NCBI GenBank assembly: GCA_037133555.1
Contig: JBAXNW010000006.1
Location: 5,129 to 69,128, forward strand
Length of the DNA: 64,000 bases
From: Bacteroidota bacterium
GTDB lineage: Bacteria > Bacteroidota > Bacteroidia > Bacteroidales > JACABE01
Reading direction: 5' to 3'
Shown here: piece after piece, positions 57,143 to 64,000 of the stretch
Numbering within the stretch: the first letter of the stretch is position 1
Layout of the letters: each line of letters starts with the position of its first letter
The notes under the pieces: model-generated
The model's database searches: none
Told to the model about the DNA's origin: nothing
What the model saw: the letters and a program-made list of their open reading frames with translations, nothing else
Made by a program: the position numbers and the translations under genes

Positions 57143-58234
57143 ATGAAAAAATCCTTACCTCTTCTTTTAACTTTTGTGTTTACAACATTCTATCTTACTG
57201 CCATATATGCAGATATCCCCCATCCCAAAAAGCCTCAACGACCAAAGAATATTATTTTCCTGATAGGTGACGGTATGGCAACAGCTCAAATTTATGCTGC
57301 ACTGACTATAAAAAAAGACAAGCTAAATATAGCAAAATTCAAGGTTATTGGTTTTCATAAATCCTATTCTGCAAATAATTATATAACAGATTCTGCAGCT
57401 GGTGCCACCGCTTTTTCGACAGGATCAAAAACAAAAAATGGATACTTAGCCGTAGATACAAATAAAAAAGTTCTACCTACTATCCTTGAACTAGCTGAGA
57501 AAAAAGGACTTTCAACAGGCCTTGTGACAACCTGTGCAATCACCCACGCTACTCCGGCAGCATTTATTGCTCATGAAGCCGGCAGAAATAATTACGAAGA
57601 CATTGCCAACTGGTTTTTAAAAACAGATGTGGATGTTTTCATAGGTGGAGGAAAAAAATATTTTGAAAATCGCGAGGACAAAAGAAACCTCAGCGATAGC
57701 CTAAGAAAAAACAATTATCAGGTAGTTTATAATCTGATTGATCTTAATAAAATCATCAAAGGTAAAATTGCAGGCTTGCTTTACGAAGAACACCCACCGG
57801 CCATGTTAAATGGGAGAGGTGAAATGCTGGCCAATTCCACTGTAAAAGCAATTTCTATATTAGAAAAAAACAAAAAAGGCTTTTTTATGATGATAGAAGG
57901 TTCTCAAATAGATTGGGCTTGTCACAGCAATGCAGAAGATACACTGATCAGCGAAATGATTGATTTCGATAATGTAGTAGGAAGGGTGCTGGAATATGCA
58001 AAAAAAAATGGCGAAACACTGGTAGTTGTGACAGGAGATCATGAAACCGGTGGATATACATTGCCCAATAGCGACATAAAAGATGGAAAATTAAAAGGTA
58101 AATTTTCAACTACCAACCATACAGCGGTTATGGTGCCTGTTTTTGCCTATGGCCCAGGAGCCGAAGAATTTATGGGATTTATGGAGAACACAGATATCTT
58201 CTTTAAATTCAGGACTTTATTATTTGGTTATTAG
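57143..58234 (+). CDS. Alkaline phosphatase (PhoA family)
   Basis: 363-aa ORF with a signal peptide, LIGDGM, the TDSAAGATAFSTG active-site Ser region, and a C-terminal GDHETGG. Confidence 0.85.
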   Translation: MKKSLPLLLTFVFTTFYLTAIYADIPHPKKPQRPKNIIFLIGDGMATAQIYAALTIKKDKLNIAKFKVIGFHKSYSANNYITDSAAGATAFSTGSKTKNGYLAVDTNKKVLPTILELAEKKGLSTGLVTTCAITHATPAAFIAHEAGRNNYEDIANWFLKTDVDVFIGGGKKYFENREDKRNLSDSLRKNNYQVVYNLIDLNKIIKGKIAGLLYEEHPPAMLNGRGEMLANSTVKAISILEKNKKGFFMMIEGSQIDWACHSNAEDTLISEMIDFDNVVGRVLEYAKKNGETLVVVTGDHETGGYTLPNSDIKDGKLKGKFSTTNHTAVMVPVFAYGPGAEEFMGFMENTDIFFKFRTLLFGY

Positions 58235-58426
58235 GGCTTTAAAATGAATAAAATGATGGCTTAGTGGCTATGAGTCTACCCATCAAAAGGAATAATTCAC
58301 ACTAGATTAAAAATAAAGATGCTTGAATATTTATACTAAAATCAAGCCAATTTATTGTGTTTTTCTTCCCCTCTATTAAAAATAAAAAAAACTTAAAATA
58401 TTTACCTCCTCAAAACATAAAAACTA

Positions 58427-58434
58427 TAACTTTG
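58427..58434 (+). promoter_or_regulatory. -7 box TAACTTTG upstream of korA
   Basis: Matches TAnnTTTG, 32 nt before the ATG at 58466. Confidence 0.45.
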
Positions 58435-58465
58435 CAAGATATTTATCAATAAAAAAATCATCACA

Positions 58466-60316
58466 ATGACTGCTAAAACAAATAAACAATTCATTGAAAG
58501 AGAAGATGTTGTTGTAAAATTCGTGGGAGATTCAGGCGACGGAATGCAACTAACCGGGACACTTTTTTCTGACAATGCAGCAATAGGTGGAAATGACATT
58601 GCTACATTTCCTGATTATCCGGCTGAAATCAGAGCACCGCATAATACAATAGCTGGCGTATCGGGATTTCAAGTGCATATCGGAAGAAAAGTACACACCA
58701 CAGGCGATTTATGCGACGTATTGGTTGCCATGAATCCTGCCTCTTTGAAATCAAATCTAAAGTGGGCAAAAATTGGTGCAACCATTATTGTTGATGCAGA
58801 TAGTTTCGACGAAAGAACAGTTGTAAAAGCCGGTTATGCTACCAATCCTATGGACGATGACAGCCTTGGTAAATACAATTTGATCAAAGCACCCATTACT
58901 TCTTTTACAAAAGAATGTCTCAAAGAATTGACTACTGACGTGAAAACTGCCGAAAAAAGCAGAAATATGTTTGCGTTGGGCATCATCTTTTTTATTTTCG
59001 ATCGAAAATTTGATACTACTTTTGATTACTTAGATAAAAAATTCAAGAAAAATCCTTTGGTAAGCGAAATCAATAAAACCGTTATGAAAGCCGGTTATAT
59101 TTTTGCTGAAAATGTGGACGCACTTGAATCACAGATACATATTCCAAAATCCACCTTGGAAAAAGGAAAATACAGAAATATTACTGGCAACGTTGCTACT
59201 GCATGGGGATTACTTGCTGCTTCCGAAAAATCAGGTGTTCCCTTATTTTTAGGTTCTTATCCTATTACTCCTGCTACTGAAATTTTAATGGAATTAGCCA
59301 AACACAAATCATTGGGCGCTAAAGTTTTTCAAGCCGAAGATGAAATTGCAGGTATTTGCTCGGCCATTGGTGCCAGTTTTGCAGGTTCTATGGCTTGTAC
59401 TACTACTTCCGGACCAGGCTTATCATTAAAAAGTGAAGCCATTGGATTAGCTGTTATGACTGAATTACCCCTTATCATTGTAGATGTTCAAAGAGGAGGT
59501 CCTTCAACCGGTTTACCTACAAAATCAGAACAATCCGATTTGTACCAGGCATTGTTTGGCAGAAATGGAGAAGCACCCTGTATCATCATTGCAGCTTCTT
59601 CTCCTTCCAATTGTTTTTATTTCGCTTTTGAAGCAGCCAAACTTTCGATGGAGCATATGACACCTGTTATTTTATTAACCGACGGTTATTTAGGTAACGG
59701 CTCTCAATTGTTTAAAATACCTAAAATGGCCGATTTACCAAAAATAAATCCTCCCATTGCAAAGGCCAACGACCCCGATTATAAACCTTACCGCAGAAAC
59801 CCCGAGACTTTTGTAAGACAATGGGCTATACCCGGAACTGAAGGTTTGCGTCATAGAATCGGTGGTTTGGAAAAAGAAAACATTATTGGTACCGTTTCTA
59901 CTGATCCTCAAAATCACCAATTGATGGTCGATTTAAGAGAAGCCAAGGTTCAAAAAGTTGCTGATTTTATTCCTGAACAAAGTTTGATTGGGGAAAAAGA
60001 TGCTGATTTACTGGTTGTTAGCTGGGGTGGTACACAGGGAGCTGTTCATTCTGCAGTAGAAGGCCTGCAGGCAGAAGGCAAGAGTATTGCTCATACGCAT
60101 TTTAACTATATCATGCCTTTACCCAAAAATACGGCTGAAATTTTAAGCGGACATAAAAAAATTATTGTATGTGAATTAAATTCAGGCCAGTTTGTGAATT
60201 ATTTAAGAATGAAACACCCTGAAAACCAATACAGACAATTTAACATAGTACAGGGTTTGCCATTTTTTGTCAATGAATTAACGGCTGCATTTAACCAAAT
60301 TTTAGAGGAGAAATAA
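58466..60316 (+). CDS. korA: 2-oxoacid:ferredoxin oxidoreductase subunit alpha
   Basis: 616-aa ORF with the N-terminal gamma-like domain fused to the alpha domain (GNVATAWGLLAA..., YPITPATEIL). Confidence 0.88.
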   Translation: MTAKTNKQFIEREDVVVKFVGDSGDGMQLTGTLFSDNAAIGGNDIATFPDYPAEIRAPHNTIAGVSGFQVHIGRKVHTTGDLCDVLVAMNPASLKSNLKWAKIGATIIVDADSFDERTVVKAGYATNPMDDDSLGKYNLIKAPITSFTKECLKELTTDVKTAEKSRNMFALGIIFFIFDRKFDTTFDYLDKKFKKNPLVSEINKTVMKAGYIFAENVDALESQIHIPKSTLEKGKYRNITGNVATAWGLLAASEKSGVPLFLGSYPITPATEILMELAKHKSLGAKVFQAEDEIAGICSAIGASFAGSMACTTTSGPGLSLKSEAIGLAVMTELPLIIVDVQRGGPSTGLPTKSEQSDLYQALFGRNGEAPCIIIAASSPSNCFYFAFEAAKLSMEHMTPVILLTDGYLGNGSQLFKIPKMADLPKINPPIAKANDPDYKPYRRNPETFVRQWAIPGTEGLRHRIGGLEKENIIGTVSTDPQNHQLMVDLREAKVQKVADFIPEQSLIGEKDADLLVVSWGGTQGAVHSAVEGLQAEGKSIAHTHFNYIMPLPKNTAEILSGHKKIIVCELNSGQFVNYLRMKHPENQYRQFNIVQGLPFFVNELTAAFNQILEEK

Positions 60317-60318
60317 TC

Positions 60319-61353
60319 ATGGAAAATTATACAGTAGAAAGATCAAAAGTTGAACTTTCAAAAGAAGATTTTGTAAGCGATCAAATGGTGAAATGGTGCC
60401 CCGGATGTGGTGATCATGCCATCTTGTCGTCTGTTGCCAATGTTTTTCCAAAAATAGGCTACCGTAAAGAAAACTTTTGCCTGGTTTCAGGTATTGGCTG
60501 TTCTTCTCGTTTTCCTTATTATGTAAATACATATGGATTCCATAGTATTCATGGAAGAGCTGCTGCAGTTTCATCAGGTGTTAAAATTGCCAATCCCCAT
60601 CTGAGTGTATGGATGGCTACCGGCGATGGCGATTCAATGGCTATAGGAGGCAACCATTTTATACATATTATCCGTAGAAACATTGATATCAATATCATGT
60701 TGTTCAACAATCAAATCTATGGTCTGACCAAAGGGCAATATTCTCCGACTACCCCTATGGGAAGCATTACCAAAACATCACCTCAAGGTACCATTGAACA
60801 TCCCTTCAATCCAGGTGAACTGATTTTAGGTGCTCAGGGAACTTTCTTTGCAAGAGGGGTAGATACCAATCCTAAAATGATGACCGAAATTATGTTCGAA
60901 GCAGCTCGTCATGATGGCACTTCTGTAGTTGAAATTTTACAGAATTGTGTGATTTTTGCTGATAAAACGCATCATTTAATCACTTCAAAAGATTTAAGAG
61001 ATGACCATCAGATCCATATTAAAAATGGGGAACCTATGCTTTTCGGAAAAGAAAAAAACAAAGGCATCCGCATGAGAAACGGTCACCTCGAAGCAGTTGA
61101 AATTGGAAAAGATGGTATTACCGAAGAAGACATCATGATTCATGATCAATATGAACAGGATCCAGGTGTACACCTGATGCTGGCCAAAATGTCACCACCT
61201 CATTTACCTGTGGCATTGGGCGTTATCCGTTCAGCCATGTATCCTACTTACGACGACTTAGTGGAAGAACAAATTAAATATGCCAAAGAAAATTCCAAGA
61301 TCAAAAAGATGGACGACTTGCTGAACAGCGGTGATACATGGATTATTGATTAA
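60319..61353 (+). CDS. korB: 2-oxoacid:ferredoxin oxidoreductase subunit beta (TPP-binding)
   Basis: 344-aa ORF with WCPGCGDHAIL and a GDGDSMAIGGNHF TPP motif. It starts 2 nt after korA. Confidence 0.88.
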   Translation: MENYTVERSKVELSKEDFVSDQMVKWCPGCGDHAILSSVANVFPKIGYRKENFCLVSGIGCSSRFPYYVNTYGFHSIHGRAAAVSSGVKIANPHLSVWMATGDGDSMAIGGNHFIHIIRRNIDINIMLFNNQIYGLTKGQYSPTTPMGSITKTSPQGTIEHPFNPGELILGAQGTFFARGVDTNPKMMTEIMFEAARHDGTSVVEILQNCVIFADKTHHLITSKDLRDDHQIHIKNGEPMLFGKEKNKGIRMRNGHLEAVEIGKDGITEEDIMIHDQYEQDPGVHLMLAKMSPPHLPVALGVIRSAMYPTYDDLVEEQIKYAKENSKIKKMDDLLNSGDTWIID

Positions 61354-61371
61354 TAAATTTTAAATACATTG

Positions 61372-61409
61372 AAAATCCTCCTAATTTTAGGGGGATTTTT
61401 TTTATTTTT
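61372..61409 (+). terminator. Rho-independent terminator after korB
   Basis: A 10-bp stem AAAATCCTCC/GGGGGATTTT (one G-U pair) with an 8-nt loop, followed by a long T-run. Confidence 0.7.
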
Positions 61410-61410
61410 G
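61403..61410 (+). promoter_or_regulatory. -7 box TATTTTTG upstream of tilS
   Basis: Matches TAnnTTTG, only 6 nt before the ATG at 61417. It overlaps the korB terminator T-tract, so the call is weak. Confidence 0.3.
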
Positions 61411-61416
61411 TAAACC

Positions 61417-62760
61417 ATGTTAAAACAATTTAAAAGATATTGCTCCTCACAAAAACTTTTTACCAGAAAAGATAAGATATTGCTAACAGTAAGCGGTGGC
61501 CTTGATTCTGTGGTAATGTGTGAATTATTTTATCAAGCCGGATTACAATTCGGCATTGCACATTGTAATTTTCAATTAAGAGGGCAAGAATCGGAAGCGG
61601 ATGAAAGCTTTGTTAAAGAACTTGCTGCAAAATATGAAGTGCCCTTTTATGTCAATCATTTTGATACTATGGAAATTGCTTCCGAGATGAGTGTGAGCAT
61701 TCAGATGGCAGCCCGACAATTAAGATACGATTGGTTTGAAGAAATTGCAGAAAATGATAAGTATCAATATTATGCAACGGCCCATCACCAAAACGATGAA
61801 ATCGAAACTTTTTTTATCAATTTGCTCAGAGGAACAGGTATTGCGGGTTTACATGGGATTTCGCCCAAACAAAATCACTTGATCCGACCTATGCTTTTTA
61901 CCAGTCGCGATAAAATCGAAAAATTTGCCACCGAAAATCAATTATTATACAGAGAAGATAGCTCAAATAATTCTGTAAAATATATGCGCAATGCCATACG
62001 ACATAATATAATACCAGCGTTTAAGCAGTTGGCGGGAGATTTCGAAAAAGTGATGATTGAAAACATCGAAAAAATAAGAGATACGGAAATCATTTTCAAT
62101 GAAATGCTTGAAAAGAAACGGATGGATATTGTAATCATCAGCAATTCAACAATTTTATTGAGTATTGAGAAATTAAAAGCCTTACATCCTTTAAAAATTT
62201 ATCTTTTCCATTTTCTTTCACCTTATGGATTTAACAATGATGTGGTTGATAGTTTGATTGTTTCGTTGGACGATATTTCGGGTAAACAATTTTTCTCTCC
62301 AACTCATCGTTTGTTGAAAGATAGGGATCAAGTAATTATTACCGAAATCAATCATTCAATCAAAGAAAATGAGGTTTTTTTAATACAGGAAACAGCTACT
62401 CAAATATTGTCTCCTTTGATGCTCGAATTGAGAATTACAACAGAATCGGAAATGATTAAAATAAATCCTGACAAGAACCTTGCTTATCTTGACTTTGACA
62501 AACTAAAATTTCCGCTAAGCATTCGTAAATGGAGACAGGGCGATTTCTTCTCTCCTTTTGGTATGAATGGAAAAAAGAAAGTAAGCGACTTTTTTACGGA
62601 TCAGAAATTTTCGATTATCGAAAAAGAAAATGCATGGTTGCTTTGCTCAGATGACCATATTGTATGGATAATTGGTTGGAGGATAGATGAGCATTATCGC
62701 TTAACTTCCAAGACCAAGAGAGGGTATTTGATTGAATTAAAAACACCTGAAGCTTGTTAA
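61417..62760 (+). CDS. tilS: tRNA lysidine(34) synthetase
   Basis: 447-aa ORF with PP-loop SGGLDSVVM and a C-terminal TilS domain (FPLSIRKWRQGDFFSPFGM...KKVSDFF). Confidence 0.9.
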   Translation: MLKQFKRYCSSQKLFTRKDKILLTVSGGLDSVVMCELFYQAGLQFGIAHCNFQLRGQESEADESFVKELAAKYEVPFYVNHFDTMEIASEMSVSIQMAARQLRYDWFEEIAENDKYQYYATAHHQNDEIETFFINLLRGTGIAGLHGISPKQNHLIRPMLFTSRDKIEKFATENQLLYREDSSNNSVKYMRNAIRHNIIPAFKQLAGDFEKVMIENIEKIRDTEIIFNEMLEKKRMDIVIISNSTILLSIEKLKALHPLKIYLFHFLSPYGFNNDVVDSLIVSLDDISGKQFFSPTHRLLKDRDQVIITEINHSIKENEVFLIQETATQILSPLMLELRITTESEMIKINPDKNLAYLDFDKLKFPLSIRKWRQGDFFSPFGMNGKKKVSDFFTDQKFSIIEKENAWLLCSDDHIVWIIGWRIDEHYRLTSKTKRGYLIELKTPEAC

Positions 62761-62792
62761 CTGTTAATTGATTACAGTTTATTGAATTTAAT

Positions 62793-62800
62793 TATCTTTG
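62793..62800 (+). promoter_or_regulatory. -7 box TATCTTTG upstream of the DUF4369-like gene
   Basis: Matches TAnnTTTG, 9 nt before the ATG at 62810. Confidence 0.4.
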
Positions 62801-62809
62801 TAAAAAAAA

Positions 62810-63583
62810 ATGAAAAAAACACTTTTCATCTTACTCCTTGCCACTGTACTTTACTCCTGCCATCAAAAGGAGGCTAAGCTTTCTGCAGATAGTTGCTGTA
62901 TCGAAGGGGAAATCACCCATGCGGATCATAAAACCATCGTTTTGCAAAAACTTGATTTCAACGAAATGACAGTTATAGATTCCGTAACACTTAATAAAGA
63001 TGGGAAGTTTGTATTTACGATAAAACCATTGGAAAAAGAGATTTATTTGTTACGTAAAGATGGCAATCATTATATTTCAATTATTGCAGAAAAAGGAGAA
63101 AATATTATTTTTAAGGCCGATTACGAAGACTTCGAGAGAACTTATACCATCAAAGGTTCACCAGATAGCGAACTGTTAATGGAACTAAATAATCACCTGC
63201 AATCCAATTTGCATAAACTGGATTCAATAGGAAACATTTGGAAAACTGCTATTAACGCTGCCAACCGGGTGGAAATAAAAAAAGACTTGGATTCTTGTTA
63301 CCTAAAAATAGTAGCAGATCAACGGGCATTTCAACTTCAGTTTATATTGAAAAACAGCTCTTCACTGGCTGCATTGATTGCTTTGTACCAACCACTGAAC
63401 CGTGAGCCTGTGCTGAAAGAAGAAGGCGATTTTGCTGTTTTCGAAAGAGTAAGTGCTGATTTACTAAAAGCCTTACCCACGAATTCTCATGCAGTTAATT
63501 TTGCCAAAAAAATCAAGCAACACAATATGCTAGAACTCGAAAAAAACTTAAGCGAAAAGAAAATGTTGCAAGCTAAACATTAA
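62810..63583 (+). CDS. Lipoprotein, DUF4369-like N-terminal domain
   Basis: 257-aa ORF with lipobox LYSC. I(E/K)G.I......I.L....... D S..L...GKF.F is reminiscent of DUF4369. No thioredoxin CxxC motif is present. Confidence 0.55.
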   Translation: MKKTLFILLLATVLYSCHQKEAKLSADSCCIEGEITHADHKTIVLQKLDFNEMTVIDSVTLNKDGKFVFTIKPLEKEIYLLRKDGNHYISIIAEKGENIIFKADYEDFERTYTIKGSPDSELLMELNNHLQSNLHKLDSIGNIWKTAINAANRVEIKKDLDSCYLKIVADQRAFQLQFILKNSSSLAALIALYQPLNREPVLKEEGDFAVFERVSADLLKALPTNSHAVNFAKKIKQHNMLELEKNLSEKKMLQAKH

Positions 63584-63595
63584 AAATTTAAACCC

Positions 63596-64000
63596 TTGGA
63601 AAACAGACAAAAAATATATTTTATATCCGACAGTCATTTAGGCGTTCCCGATTACGAAAGTAGTTTGAAACGTGAAAAATTGATGGTAAAATGGTTGGAT
63701 GAAGTAAAGAATGATGCGACTGAAATTTATTTGCTTGGAGATATTTTCGATTTCTGGTTTGAATACAAAACTGTTGTACCTAAAGGTTATGTGAGATTAT
63801 TGGGCAAACTGGCAGAAATTTCAGATGCAGGCATCCGACTCAATTATTTTACAGGCAACCACGATATGTGGATTTACGATTATTTTATCAAAGAGCTGAA
63901 TCTTACAATTTACAGAGAGCCTATTCAAAGAACTTATGGGAAATACAAATTTTATATCGGACATGGTGATGGCTTGGGACCTGATGATCATGGATATAAA
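63596..64000 (+). CDS. lpxH: UDP-2,3-diacylglucosamine diphosphatase (5' part; runs off the window)
   Basis: My own translation from the TTG at 63596 gives ENRQKIYFISDSHLG...LLGDIFDFWFEYK...GNHDMW...GHGDGLG, the calcineurin-like metallophosphatase motifs of LpxH. An in-frame stop at 63581 excludes any earlier start. Confidence 0.72.
   Translation, partial: MENRQKIYFISDSHLGVPDYESSLKREKLMVKWLDEVKNDATEIYLLGDIFDFWFEYKTVVPKGYVRLLGKLAEISDAGIRLNYFTGNHDMWIYDYFIKELNLTIYREPIQRTYGKYKFYIGHGDGLGPDDHGYK

Overview
This window reads as a chromosomal segment from a low-GC member of the phylum Bacteroidota. Support: five proteins end in type IX secretion (T9SS) C-terminal sorting domains, TAnnTTTG promoter boxes sit upstream of many genes and both tRNAs, there are no obvious Shine-Dalgarno sites, and atpD-atpC stand apart from other atp genes. 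I can support about 57 protein-coding genes and two tRNAs (Arg-CCG, Cys-GCA). Most are housekeeping: lysS, recO, dnaB, dnaG, fabD, atpDC, ribF, queG, tdk, fumC, meaB, pyrC, korAB, tilS and partial lpxH. Accessory or unusual content is: (1) a CDP-3,6-dideoxyhexose operon that continues into a TPP-dependent enzyme, giving a yersiniose-like gene set; (2) a GxxExxY (PD-(D/E)XK) gene sitting as a discrete cassette inside that operon, bounded by inverted short repeats; (3) an AT-rich single-gene island encoding an AAA+/DUF4143 ATPase between lysS and recO; (4) a 1419-aa T9SS type-B adhesin containing a 1653-bp tandem duplication; (5) several T9SS cargo proteins, including a C-type lectin; (6) a histidine ammonia-lyase homolog whose MIO triad reads Ala-Cys-Gly. 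I saw no rRNA, CRISPR array, transposase, integrase or phage genes. The best candidate for something undescribed is a family of intergenic elements built from short stuttering oligomer arrays arranged as inverted arms next to stop codons. One carries the GxxExxY nuclease-fold gene; others are cargo-less, including a 247-bp nested palindrome. A 12-mer, ATTTGG(T/C)GATTT, also recurs just after three stop codons. I cannot show from sequence alone that these form a functional system. All GC, identity and family statements are by-eye reading, not computed searches.
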